31,320 bases of DNA from Gemmatimonadota bacterium (GTDB lineage Bacteria > Gemmatimonadota > Gemmatimonadetes > Gemmatimonadales > GWC2-71-9). The translations under genes were made by a program, and so were the position numbers. Below the pieces are notes generated by a model. That model was given only the letters and a program-made list of their open reading frames with translations. It made no database searches and had not been told where the DNA came from. The stretch spans positions 1 to 31,320 of the forward strand of contig JBDHDE010000045.1 of NCBI GenBank assembly GCA_039591655.1. The letters are read 5' to 3'. Of the stretch, positions 1-11,976 are shown piece by piece (the stretch's first letter is position 1; the number at the start of each line of letters is the position of its first letter).

Positions 1-1963
1 TCTCCCGCAGTACGGCCGTTACGCGCTCTAACAGATCCGCCTGCTGCAACTGCTTCGCCGCCAGGTTGACGCTCACGAAGAGGTCCGGCAGGTCGGGGAG
101 CTCCCGGATCCACGTTGCCATCCGTCCACACGCCTCTTCCAACACGCGCAGGCCGAGCGGTACGATAAGGCCGGTTTCCTCGGCGATGGGGATGAACTCG
201 TCCGGGGGGATCAGGCCCCGCTCCGGATGCCTCCAGCGCACTAGCGCCTCGAAGCCCAAGATGTCCTCGCCGAGGAGGGACACCACGGGCTGGTACTCGA
301 GGCAGAACTGATCCTGCTCCAAGGCTCCCCGCAGATCGTTCTCGAGCTCCAACACAGCCATGGCCCTGTCCAACACAGCCATGGCCCTGGCATGCATGGC
401 CTTGTCGAACACCTCGAACCGGGCGCGGCCCCGGGCCTTGGCACGGTACATCGCGGTGTCCGCATCCCGCAGGAGGTGCTCGGGGCCGTCACTGCTGCTC
501 TCGCTCATGGCGATCCCGATGCTCACGGTGGCGAAGAGGTCATGGCTACCGATCTTGAACGGCGACCTCAACTCCTCTTGAATACGCTCCGCCACCCGCG
601 TGGCGTCGCCACTCTCCTTGATGTCGTCGAGCAGAATGCAGAACTCGTCGCCGGCGAGACGTGCTACCAAGTCCCCTGGACGGAGGCACCGCTCCAGGCG
701 CTCCGCGAACCCGATGAGAAGTTGGTCGCCCGCGCTGTGTCCCAGACTGTCGTTGACGACCTTGAAGCGATCCAGGTCGCAGAACAGCACGGCGAACTGA
801 TACCCGCGGCGGCGCTTCGCCCGTCGCTCCGAGCGCTCGAGGATGTTGGTGAAGAACGCGCGGTTGGGCAGGGCGGTCAGCGGGTCATAGAGTGCGTCAT
901 GCGCGAGTTGCTCCTCCACCTGCTTCCGCGGCGTGATGTCGGTGAGCGACCCCGCCATGCGGTGGGGCTTGCCGTCACCGTCGCGTACCGCAATCCCGCG
1001 GATCAGCACCCAGCGGAAGGACCCGTCTTTGTGACGTACGCGATGCTCGTTCTCGTAGTGGGGCGAGCGCTGCTCGAGATGTGCGTCCAGCGCACCTCGA
1101 ACACGCTCGATGTCCTCGGGGTGCACCCGCTCGAGCCAGGCATCGATGTCGTTCTCGACCTCCTCCACACCGTAGCCCAGAATCGACTTCCACCGCTCGG
1201 AGAAGTAGACCTCGCCCGTCTCGAGGTTCCAGTCCCACAGCCCGTCGTTGGCCCCGCGCGCCGCGAGCGCGTAGCGCTCTTCACTGTCCCGCACGGCCTG
1301 CTCGGCCGCCTTGCGGCTGCTGATGTCCTCGCAAGTCGTGACGATACTGACGGGCTCACCGGTGGGGCCTCGCAGCACGTCGGACATCAGGTGCACGGGG
1401 AACACCGTCCCGTCGCGCCGCACGTTGAGAGACTCGCGCCGCCAACTCTTCATCTTCTCGATCTGGTCCAGGCCGAGGGGCTCGCGCTGGTCGGGAGGCG
1501 CGTAGAGGCCGACATCCTCGCCGATCAGCTCCTCCTGGGTGTAGCCGTGCATGGCGGCGTCGGCAGGGTTCACGTAGATGATGCGACCCTTGAGGTCCGT
1601 CACCGTCACACCCAACTGGAGCGTCTCCACGGCCATCTGGAGCCGCCGCAACTCCTGCTCCACCTGGGTCCGCTCCGAGACCAAGGCCTGCTGCAACCGG
1701 CGCTGGCGAACCACGGCCCGGTCGAGGACGAACACCGTGAACAGGAGTCCCAGGGCCAAGCCGAGGTCGGTGAGGTGCGACTCCTGCTCTCCCGGCGCCA
1801 CGCCCCAAGACTCGGTCAGGAGCGCAAGCAGGTGCCCCACGGCCACAGCCACCAGGGCGGCGGCCAGGAACCGGAGGCGCCCGACGGGCCGCACCGCCAG
1901 TCCGACAGCCCATCCGGCGGCCCCGAGCAGCACGAGGATGGAGATGAAGACGACTGCGTTCAT
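1..1963 (-). CDS. Membrane-anchored PAS-PAS-GGDEF-EAL c-di-GMP enzyme (3' end runs off the window)
   Basis: Manual minus-strand translation from ATG 1963 is open to the window edge. MNAVVFISILVLLGAAGW starts about 3 hydrophobic segments; PAS (DLKGRIIYVNPA), PAS_3 (GANDGLWDWNL...VHPED), GGDEF domain (YDPLTALPNR, DLDRFKVVNDSLGHSAGD, RPGD I-site, AGDEF at 641-655), EAL domain (YQPVV, FEALVRW at about 242-250, FIPIAEETGLI). Absent from the ORF track because its stop lies outside the window. Confidence 0.95.
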   Translation of the reverse strand, partial: MNAVVFISILVLLGAAGWAVGLAVRPVGRLRFLAAALVAVAVGHLLALLTESWGVAPGEQESHLTDLGLALGLLFTVFVLDRAVVRQRRLQQALVSERTQVEQELRRLQMAVETLQLGVTVTDLKGRIIYVNPADAAMHGYTQEELIGEDVGLYAPPDQREPLGLDQIEKMKSWRRESLNVRRDGTVFPVHLMSDVLRGPTGEPVSIVTTCEDISSRKAAEQAVRDSEERYALAARGANDGLWDWNLETGEVYFSERWKSILGYGVEEVENDIDAWLERVHPEDIERVRGALDAHLEQRSPHYENEHRVRHKDGSFRWVLIRGIAVRDGDGKPHRMAGSLTDITPRKQVEEQLAHDALYDPLTALPNRAFFTNILERSERRAKRRRGYQFAVLFCDLDRFKVVNDSLGHSAGDQLLIGFAERLERCLRPGDLVARLAGDEFCILLDDIKESGDATRVAERIQEELRSPFKIGSHDLFATVSIGIAMSESSSDGPEHLLRDADTAMYRAKARGRARFEVFDKAMHARAMAVLDRAMAVLELENDLRGALEQDQFCLEYQPVVSLLGEDILGFEALVRWRHPERGLIPPDEFIPIAEETGLIVPLGLRVLEEACGRMATWIRELPDLPDLFVSVNLAAKQLQQADLLERVTAVLRE
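348..389. repeat. Perfect 21-bp tandem duplication inside the GGDEF-EAL linker
   Basis: tccaacacagccatggccctg at 348-368 and again at 369-389; encodes RAMAVLD-RAMAVLE in frame. Confidence 0.95.
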
Positions 1964-1985
1964 ATCAAGCGAAGTTGTGCTCCCA

Positions 1986-1991
1986 ATACTA
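1986..1991 (-). promoter_or_regulatory. Putative -10 element (TAGTAT) for the GGDEF-EAL gene
   Basis: TANNNT hexamer in an AT-richer patch 22 nt upstream of ATG 1963; no convincing -35. Confidence 0.35.
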
Positions 1992-2178
1992 ATCGTGCAA
2001 AGTCTGAGCGTCGTGAGCCACACCACGAACCTCCGCACCACCGTTCCGCACCGCAAGATTCAGCCCTGAGCCCTGGCCACCCCCGAGTGCCCTGTGCCAG
2101 GCACATACCGAAGATCGACCGAACACCCGCTCCTCGGAGGCAGCATTCAGGCGCCCTGGACCCTTCCGGTCCGCCCGT

Positions 2179-2184
2179 TATGAT
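2179..2184 (+). promoter_or_regulatory. Putative -10 element (TATGAT) for the MBL hydrolase
   Basis: 5/6 match to TATAAT in a GC-rich intergenic region, about 60 nt upstream of ATG 2246. Confidence 0.4.
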
Positions 2185-2245
2185 GAACGCTGGGGCCCCA
2201 CCGAGTCAGTCTCGCCTCAACGGGTATGGGAGGAGGAGCGATACG

Positions 2246-2914
2246 ATGGGAATCACCGTCACTTTCCTCGGGCACGCTGGTTTTCTCTTGAGCGACGGCA
2301 CCCACACGGTGGCGATCGATCCGTTTCTCACCGACAACCCCGTGGCCACGATGACGCCGCAGGAGATCAGCTGTCAGGCCATCGTCCTGACCCACGGACA
2401 CGCCGACCATCTGGGCGACACCGTCAGCATCGCAAAGGCCAACAATGCCACCGTGTTCGCCGCCTTCGAGATCGTGGAATACATGGGGGAGCAGGGGATC
2501 GCGGGGGAGCCCGGCAACCCGGGCGGGAAGATCGCAACCGACTTCGGCTGGGTCGCGTTCACCCAGGCATTCCATTCATCGTCCTACAACGGCCGCTACA
2601 TGGGGATGCCCTGCGGCGTCATCGTCAACTTGGGCGGCACCACGGTGTACCACCTGGGCGATACCACGATCTTCGGCGACATGAAGCTGCTGGGCGAGAT
2701 CTACCGGCCGGATATCGCCATGGTTCCCATCGGGGATCGGTTCACTATGGGGCCGGAGCTCGCAACCCGCGCCACGGAACTCATCAAGCCCAAGGTCGCC
2801 ATCCCGATGCACTACAAGACCTGGCCGCTCCTGGGGCAGGATGCAAAGGGCTTCACGCCGAAGGGCGTCAAGGTGCGGGAGATGGCCCCCGGGGAAAGCT
2901 GGCAGTACAGCTGA
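2246..2914 (+). CDS. Metallo-beta-lactamase-fold metal-dependent hydrolase (UPF0173/YtkL-like), 222 aa
   Basis: True start is ATG 2246 after AGGAGG (2231-2236). Motifs: ITVTFLGHAGF, IDPFLTDNP, THGHADH, AFHSS, YHLGDT, VPIGDRFTMGP, IPMHY. Confidence 0.93.
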   Translation: MGITVTFLGHAGFLLSDGTHTVAIDPFLTDNPVATMTPQEISCQAIVLTHGHADHLGDTVSIAKANNATVFAAFEIVEYMGEQGIAGEPGNPGGKIATDFGWVAFTQAFHSSSYNGRYMGMPCGVIVNLGGTTVYHLGDTTIFGDMKLLGEIYRPDIAMVPIGDRFTMGPELATRATELIKPKVAIPMHYKTWPLLGQDAKGFTPKGVKVREMAPGESWQYS

Positions 2915-2937
2915 GCCCCAGGCACGGTCAACGCGTT

Positions 2938-2943
2938 TAGCTT
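2938..2943 (+). promoter_or_regulatory. Putative -10 element (TAGCTT) of a leaderless promoter for kinase 1
   Basis: TANNNT ends 6 nt before GTG 2950 and there is no Shine-Dalgarno in the 35-nt gap. Confidence 0.5.
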
Positions 2944-2949
2944 TCGCCT

Positions 2950-5913
<2,964 letters not shown>

Positions 5914-5947
5914 GAGCCCGACCGACACTCCCGACCGGGAGGTGAGG

Positions 5948-7744
5948 ATGCGTAGATCGATCACTGGGGGCATCGCCTGCCTCTTCCTGCTTACTGGTGC
6001 CTGTGCCGACACGGCACTCCGCAACGAGGTCGGGGCGTTCCTCGACGCCTACGAAGAGCAGTACCAGGAGCTGTACTACGCCTGGAGCGAGGCGGAGTGG
6101 GCCCTGAGCACCCGCATCGTGGAGGGCGATACGACCAATGCCGCGCGGACCCGCCAGGCCCACGAGGCCTTCGTCCGGTTCGCCGGCAGTGTGGAGAACA
6201 TCGACACCATCCGCAGCTATCTGGAGCGGCGGGACGCCCTCACCGAACTCCAGGTGCTGCGCCTGGAGAAGATGCTCTACCAGGCAGCTGAGGGACCGCA
6301 GACGATTCCCGAGATAGTGCAGCAGCGGATCGCGGCCGAGGCGGCGCAGACCGAGGCGCTCTACGGTTACGAGTTCCGGCTGGGGAGGCGGCCGATCACA
6401 CCGAACGACATAGACCGTCGGCTGCGTGCCAGCACGGATCTCGCTGATCGCCGCGCGGTGTGGGAGGCCTCCAAAGGAGTGGGTCCAGTGCTCAAGCCGG
6501 GGCTGGTGCGGCTGCGCGACCTGCGCAACGAGACCGTGCGCGCGCTTGGGTACTCCGACTTCTTCGCCCAGCAGGTCTCCGACTACGGCCTCACCACCGA
6601 CCAGATGCTCCGGCTGTGTGATCAGCTGGTGGAGCAGCTGCGCCCGCTGTACCGCGAGATCCACACCTGGGCCCGCCACGAGCTGGCCCAACGCTACGAT
6701 GCGCCGGTGCCCAACATGATCCCGGCGCATTGGCTCCCCAACCGGTGGGGGCAGGATTGGAGCGCGCTGGTCGAGGTGGCGGGGGTCAACGCCGACTCCG
6801 CCCTGGGGACGCAGACCGCGGAGTGGGTCATGCAGCAGGGCGAGGCATTCTACCAGAGCCTCGGGTTCGACCCGCTGCCCCAGACGTTCTGGGACCGCTC
6901 GTCACTCTACCCGGTCGCTCCGGACGCCGAGTACAAGAAGGACACCCACGCCTCGGCGTGGCACATGGACGTGGCCGATGACGTCCGGTCGCTGATGAGC
7001 GTGGAGCCTGATGCGTACTGGTACGAGACCGTGCATCACGAGCTAGGACACGTCTACTACTTCATGGCCTACACCGACCCCGAGGTGCCCCTCGTGCTGC
7101 GGGACGGAGCCAACCGAGCCTACCACGAGGCCATCGGGTCGATGATCGGACTGGCGGCGTCGCAGCGGCAGTTCCTGGTGAATCGGGGACTCGCATCGCC
7201 GGACGCCGAAGTCGATGAGATCGCGCTGCTCCTCAAGGAGGCGCTGAATCACGTCGTGTTCATCCCATGGTCCGCCGGGGTGATGACGCGGTTCGAGCGG
7301 GCGCTCTACGCCGATGAGCTCCCCCCTGAGGTGTTCAACGCCACCTGGTGGGATCTGGTGCGACGCTACCAGGGCATCGTGCCGCCGGCGCCGCGCGGCG
7401 AGCAGTACGCCGACCCCATGACGAAGACCCACATCAACGACGACCCGGCGCAGTACTACGACTACGCGCTGTCGGAGGCGTTGCTGTTCCAACTACACGA
7501 CCACATCGCCAGGGAGATCCTGGAGCAGGACCCCCACGACACCGACTACTACGGGAGCGAGGGGGTCGGAGAGTTCCTGCAGGACCTCATGTCACCGGGA
7601 GCCGGCCGGCCGTGGCAAGAGGTGCTGCAGGAGACCACGGGACGCGCACTCGACGCCCAGGCGATGGTGGACTACTTCCAACCGCTGTACGACTGGCTGG
7701 TGGAGCAGAATCAGGGGCGGACGCACACGCTGCCGGATCTGTAG
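5948..7744 (+). CDS. M2 family zinc peptidyl-dipeptidase (ACE-like), probable lipoprotein
   Basis: HHELGH followed by LRDGANRAYHEAIG, PAHWLPNRWGQDW and HASAW match the ACE/M2 pattern; lipobox LTGA-C; GGAGG 5 nt before ATG 5948 (alternative GTG at 5942). Confidence 0.93.
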   Translation: MRRSITGGIACLFLLTGACADTALRNEVGAFLDAYEEQYQELYYAWSEAEWALSTRIVEGDTTNAARTRQAHEAFVRFAGSVENIDTIRSYLERRDALTELQVLRLEKMLYQAAEGPQTIPEIVQQRIAAEAAQTEALYGYEFRLGRRPITPNDIDRRLRASTDLADRRAVWEASKGVGPVLKPGLVRLRDLRNETVRALGYSDFFAQQVSDYGLTTDQMLRLCDQLVEQLRPLYREIHTWARHELAQRYDAPVPNMIPAHWLPNRWGQDWSALVEVAGVNADSALGTQTAEWVMQQGEAFYQSLGFDPLPQTFWDRSSLYPVAPDAEYKKDTHASAWHMDVADDVRSLMSVEPDAYWYETVHHELGHVYYFMAYTDPEVPLVLRDGANRAYHEAIGSMIGLAASQRQFLVNRGLASPDAEVDEIALLLKEALNHVVFIPWSAGVMTRFERALYADELPPEVFNATWWDLVRRYQGIVPPAPRGEQYADPMTKTHINDDPAQYYDYALSEALLFQLHDHIAREILEQDPHDTDYYGSEGVGEFLQDLMSPGAGRPWQEVLQETTGRALDAQAMVDYFQPLYDWLVEQNQGRTHTLPDL

Positions 7745-7855
7745 GCCGGCCAGGCCGACCGGCCGGCCCGGGGGGGCCATGCACCGCCGGTCTCACCCGG
7801 ACACGGGCGGGGACCCGCGCGTAGGGCGCAGTTGGGGCGCCGAGGGCACAGGGCA

Positions 7856-8738
7856 ATGGAGCACACCATCAACCGCCTTCGCATCGTCCACCACGAGGCG
7901 TACGAGGTGGACATCGGCCCCCACGTCTTCCCCACGCGGAAGTACCGCCTCGTGCGGGACCGGCTGCTCGCCGAAGGCACCATCGCCGACACGGACTTCC
8001 TCCGTCCCGCGCCGGCTTCCGACGACGACGTGGCACTGGTCCACACACCAGAGTTCCTGGACAAGCTCAGGCAAGACGCCCTTTCCGTCCCGGAGCGACT
8101 CGTGCTCGAGGTGCCATTCTCCCCCGAGCTGCGCGAGGCGATGTGGCTCTGCGCCGGCGGCTCCATCCTGCGGGTTCCACCACGCCTTTCCCGACCACGG
8201 CGAGGGGTTCTGCCTCATCAACGACGTGGCCATCGCGATTCGGGCGCTGCTCAGGGACGGGGCCATCGGGCGCGCGGCGGTCATCGATGTCGATGTGCAC
8301 CACGGCAACGGCACGGCCGCGATCTTCGCGGCCCAACCCGATGTCTTCACGTTCTCCATACATCAGGAGCACAACTACCCGGCCTGGAAGCCGCCCAGCG
8401 ATCTCGACCTCGGGATGGAGAACGGCACGAACGACGGTACCTACCTCGCGGCGCTGGAGCACCACCTTCCGAGCATCCTCGGGAGCCACCGACCGGACCT
8501 GGTGTTCTACCTGGCCGGCGCCGACCCGTACGAGCAGGACCAACTGGGGGGCCTGGGACTCACCATCGAGGGGCTGCGGCGACGTGACGCGCTAGTGCTC
8601 TCCCGCTGCGCCGACGCCGGCATCCCGACGGTAGTGACGCTAGCCGGCGGCTATGCGATCAGTCCGGATGACACGGTGGAGATTCACTGCAACTCGATCC
8701 GGGAAGCGAAGCGGCGGGCTGACTCCGTGGCGGGGTAG
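7856..8738 (+). pseudogene. Histone-deacetylase-family (HDAC11/class IV-like) Zn hydrolase interrupted by a frameshifting deletion at 8170/8171
   Basis: Frame 1 from ATG 7856: HVFPTRKY, LVHTPEFL, ...CAGGSIL. After one extra C at 8171 a second frame gives GFHHA, GEGFC, DVDVHHGNGT, AGADP, LAGGY, stop 8738. The helix and strand that normally lie between GGxIL and GGFHHA are missing. Confidence 0.85.
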
Positions 8739-8761
8739 CGGATGTGGTCGTGACGCTCGCG

Positions 8762-11011
8762 CTACTGCTCGATCGACGACAGCTCCAGACGCGACGTCAG
8801 GCGTCCTTCACGCTCCTCCAGCAGTAGGTAGTGCGGTGCGGCTCGCCTGACCTTGAGGGTACGCGCGCCCGCCGGGTTGCCGTCGAGCGGCGTGATCTCG
8901 ACTACAAACGCCTCGAAGGTGCCGGCCTCACACCGCACCGTCTCGGTGCCCGTCACCGCGATCCTCATCACCCGGGTGCGCCAGGGCCCAGCTACCAACA
9001 TCTGGAACCGTGCCTCGTATCCCTCGGCCAGCGGAAGCGCCGCGATCGGCTCGTTGACGCGGTACCATGGCCCCGGCGGTTGGGACTCGAACCGGACCTG
9101 CACCTGGCTGGGCTCGCGACCGGGACGATCCACCTGGCCCGTCACCGTGTTGGCCGACCATCGCAGCGTCGTTCTCGTCCTGCGCAGGGTCGAGATCGCG
9201 CGGATCGGTCTCAGGTCCCCGTACTCCAACTCGATCGAATCCACGTCCAGCGGCGTGCCCGCGAGCGTGGTGGCATGGCGCACGCGCCACACCGTCCGAC
9301 CGCCCACGGTGGCTGCATCAAGGGTGACGAGCACATCGTGGGTCGACGAGCGCCCGCCGCTCTCCAACGTCAGCCGGTAACCTAGCGTGGCCGGCCGCAG
9401 GAGCCTCCCATCCGGACGATTGAGACGGCGGCCACCGTAGCTCACGGCCGTACGCTCACCACCGACCACCGAGACCGTGTCGGTCACCGTCGTGAACCCC
9501 GGCGCCGCCATGCGGACGGTGTGCCGGCCCTCGGCTAGCTCGAAGCTCGTGCCACTGCGCCGCTCCCCGTCCAGCGTTACCGACCCGCGCTCCGGCAGGC
9601 CAACGATCTCCACACGTCCAGCCTGCGGTGGCCGCGGCGTGGCCGTTTCCTCCACCGTGTCCGGGGTGCGGCCCGTGTCGCCAACCGCCACCTCCGTCTC
9701 ACCCACCTCACCTTCCACTGGACCCGTCGCCGGCGCTGCTGCACCGGTATCCGCTATACCCACCGGCGTTGCCGGCCCGGCCGCCTCCGACTCGGGAGGC
9801 TGGCCGGCAGCTTCGGGCTGGGCCGGCTGCCCCCGGCCCAGCCACCAGAGCCCCAGCGCCGCCCCGACGATGCCGGCCAGGACGACGGTCAGCACCAGCG
9901 GCACGAACCGCCGGCGCCGCCCGACAGCTCGCCGGGACGTGACGGCCTGGGGCACGGGTGTGGTGGGCGCTGCTGCAGGTGGGGCAACGGCCGTCGGCGC
10001 CTCGGAGGCGGTGACGCCGCGTGGCTCGGCAACCGTGGTGGCTGCGGCCACGGATGCTTCCGGAGTCCGTCCCGCGAGCCCGTCGACGAACGCCCGCACT
10101 GTCGGAAACCGGTCCTCCGGCTTCTTCTCCAGGGCCTTGTGCACCGCCCACGCCACGTGCCCCGGCAGGTTCGTCAGCACCACATCCAGCGGCGGGGGCG
10201 GCTCCGATACGTGCTTTTGCAGGATCTCGATGGCCGAATCACCGTCGAAGGGCACCCGGGCGGCCAGCATGCGGTAGGCCATGACCCCAGTGGAGTACTG
10301 GTCGGAAGCCCCCGTCACCGTCCGCCCCATGGCCTGCTCCGGCGACATGTAGTACGGCGTCCCCACGATCGATCCCGAGGCGGTGAGCGTGCCCTCGGTC
10401 AGGGGCTTCGCGATGCCGAAGTCGGTCACCACGACCCGTCCCCCCTCTTCCAACATCACGTTGGCGGGCTTCACGTCCCGGTGAATGACCTGGTTCTGGT
10501 GCGCGTGGTCCAGGGCCTCGGCGACAGGGCCGAGGATCTCCACCGTCTCGCTGAGTGCCACCTTCCCCCGCGCAGCGAGCAGGTCGTCGAGGGATCGCCC
10601 CTCCACGTACTTCATGGCGTACCAGAAGAGCTTCCCGCCCGACGCGATGCGGTGGATGGGAATGATGTGGGGGTGATCGAGCGCCGCCGCCGTCTTGGCC
10701 TCGCGCTTGAAGCGCTCGATGCCGTGGCCGTAGGTGAGCTCCGGGGGCAGGACCTTGATGGCCACCTTGCGCGCCAGGTGGGTCTCGGTGGCGAGGAACA
10801 CCACGGCCATCCCGCCGCGTCCGATCATGCGCTCGATCTGGAACTCGCCAGCGGTGTCCTCCCGGAGGAGCACCTCGAGATCACGCATGGCGGCCGCGTC
10901 CAGCGCAGCCGTATCCCGCTGCCGGGCTCCTGCAGTGGAGACTTGCGATCCGCAGGTCGGGCAGAACCTAGCGGTGTCCGGAACAGGTGTCGAACAGACC
11001 TCACACTGCAT
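8762..11011 (-). CDS. Ser/Thr protein kinase: N-terminal Zn ribbon, kinase, TM, Pro/Ala/Thr linker, PEGA-like domain, C-terminal DUF3108-like beta domain, 749 aa
   Basis: ATG 11011 with GGAGG 9 nt upstream; CEVC-x10-CPTC; IGRGGMAVV, VAIK, HRDVKPAN, DFG, GTPYYMSPEQ; TM FVPLVLTVVLAGIVGAALGLWWL; PEGA-like VTLDG...LAEGRHTVRMAAPGF; C-terminal ETVxxxAGTF motif. The DUF3108 label is my recognition, not a search result. Confidence 0.93.
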   Translation of the reverse strand: MQCEVCSTPVPDTARFCPTCGSQVSTAGARQRDTAALDAAAMRDLEVLLREDTAGEFQIERMIGRGGMAVVFLATETHLARKVAIKVLPPELTYGHGIERFKREAKTAAALDHPHIIPIHRIASGGKLFWYAMKYVEGRSLDDLLAARGKVALSETVEILGPVAEALDHAHQNQVIHRDVKPANVMLEEGGRVVVTDFGIAKPLTEGTLTASGSIVGTPYYMSPEQAMGRTVTGASDQYSTGVMAYRMLAARVPFDGDSAIEILQKHVSEPPPPLDVVLTNLPGHVAWAVHKALEKKPEDRFPTVRAFVDGLAGRTPEASVAAATTVAEPRGVTASEAPTAVAPPAAAPTTPVPQAVTSRRAVGRRRRFVPLVLTVVLAGIVGAALGLWWLGRGQPAQPEAAGQPPESEAAGPATPVGIADTGAAAPATGPVEGEVGETEVAVGDTGRTPDTVEETATPRPPQAGRVEIVGLPERGSVTLDGERRSGTSFELAEGRHTVRMAAPGFTTVTDTVSVVGGERTAVSYGGRRLNRPDGRLLRPATLGYRLTLESGGRSSTHDVLVTLDAATVGGRTVWRVRHATTLAGTPLDVDSIELEYGDLRPIRAISTLRRTRTTLRWSANTVTGQVDRPGREPSQVQVRFESQPPGPWYRVNEPIAALPLAEGYEARFQMLVAGPWRTRVMRIAVTGTETVRCEAGTFEAFVVEITPLDGNPAGARTLKVRRAAPHYLLLEEREGRLTSRLELSSIEQ

Positions 11012-11150
11012 GCGCTTCTGCCTCCCCTCGGAGCGGGCTCGCCACACCAGCGGACGACCCGCATCCGAAGTTGATACCACACGTCCCGAGCATCAAGCCG
11101 GGATCGCCCGGGCGGCTCCGCACCCATGGCCCTCCACGAGCCCCGGAAGC

Positions 11151-11180
11151 CAAAGAGGCGTGACTCCGTGTCACGCCTCT
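11151..11180 (-). terminator. Intrinsic terminator downstream of the cytochrome c gene
   Basis: 11-bp perfect inverted repeat agaggcgtgac (11154-11164) / gtcacgcctct (11170-11180), 5-nt loop, short T run on the minus strand, about 30 nt after stop 11212. Confidence 0.65.
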
Positions 11181-11211
11181 CGGGGCTACGTGGTCCGCTG
11201 CGCGCGGTCGC

Positions 11212-11853
11212 TTACGTTCCCGCCCGCGACGCCCGCTCCAGGTACAGGATGACCTCCTGTACCTCGCTCTGGGGCGGCGACCGCCGCAGCATCTGCACCG
11301 AGTGCTGCCGCATTCGGATCACGACGGCGGGCCAGTCCTCGGCCGAATGCTGCCGGGGATTCGGCAGCTCGTGGCAGCGGCTGCACTCCGCCATGAAGAG
11401 CTGGCGTCCCTGACCCGCCGGCAAGTCGGCGCGGCTCACCTCGAGAGCGTTCTCCAACAGGTAGCGCATCAGGACCACCCGCTCGCCCGACGGGGGCACC
11501 GGCACGTTGTACTTGGGATCCAGCCCGTCGAGGCGCATCCACATCCGACGCATGTACGACGGCCACTCCGTCGCGGAATGCGCACCGGGGCTCGGCAATG
11601 CGTGGCACGCGGTGCAGTACTGCCGCAGGTACTGCGCGCCCTCCGAGTCGGGATCCGGCAGATCGCTCGGGCCCATCCCCGGGGGAGGCAACCCGATTCG
11701 CGCGGCTGCCAGTATCAGGTCTTCGGCCGCCGAAGGCTCCCCGCTCTGCGCAGCGCCCTCCTGCGACGGGGGCGTCTCCGCGCAGCCAGCGACCCACACG
11801 AGCAAGACAGCGCTCGCCAGCCATGCACGCACCGTACGACGAGTCAGTCGCAT
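11212..11853 (-). CDS. Diheme c-type cytochrome lipoprotein, 213 aa
   Basis: ATG 11853 after GGAGAGGA; signal peptide with lipobox VAG-C; CTACH (11602-11616) and CSRCH (11371-11385), each followed by P-x-P-x-x-H-S-x3-W-P-x5-R-M. Confidence 0.9.
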   Translation of the reverse strand: MRLTRRTVRAWLASAVLLVWVAGCAETPPSQEGAAQSGEPSAAEDLILAAARIGLPPPGMGPSDLPDPDSEGAQYLRQYCTACHALPSPGAHSATEWPSYMRRMWMRLDGLDPKYNVPVPPSGERVVLMRYLLENALEVSRADLPAGQGRQLFMAECSRCHELPNPRQHSAEDWPAVVIRMRQHSVQMLRRSPPQSEVQEVILYLERASRAGT

Positions 11854-11976
11854 CACGTTCCTCTCCACTGGTTCCGAGCTACCACCCAAGAATACACCGG
11901 GTTGAGGGGATCACCACCCCGGAGCGGGCGCCCGGCCCCACTGGGAGACCGGGCGCACCGTGTTCGCGAGGGCGGA

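Noticed and set aside
392..2914. 840-aa plus-strand ORF that looks like a long N-terminal fusion to the MBL hydrolase
   Set aside because: The first 618 codons are mostly the antisense shadow of the GGDEF-EAL gene plus intergenic DNA; the real start is ATG 2246 with a strong RBS.
2246..2914. Beta-lactamase paired with a BLIP-II-like inhibitor (RCC1 propeller at 29.6-30.7 kb)
   Set aside because: The MBL protein has no signal peptide and is UPF0173-like, the genes are 27 kb apart, and BLIP-II targets serine beta-lactamases.
7745..7769. ggccggcc...ggccggcc palindrome after the M2 gene
   Set aside because: Pure GC low-complexity sequence without a U-tract; too likely by chance to call.
7779..8738. 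Two overlapping ORFs (7779-8738, 7832-8587) read as separate genes or as a programmed frameshift
   Set aside because: Each carries half of one deacetylase, there is no slippery sequence at the junction, and a conserved segment is missing, which indicates a deletion.
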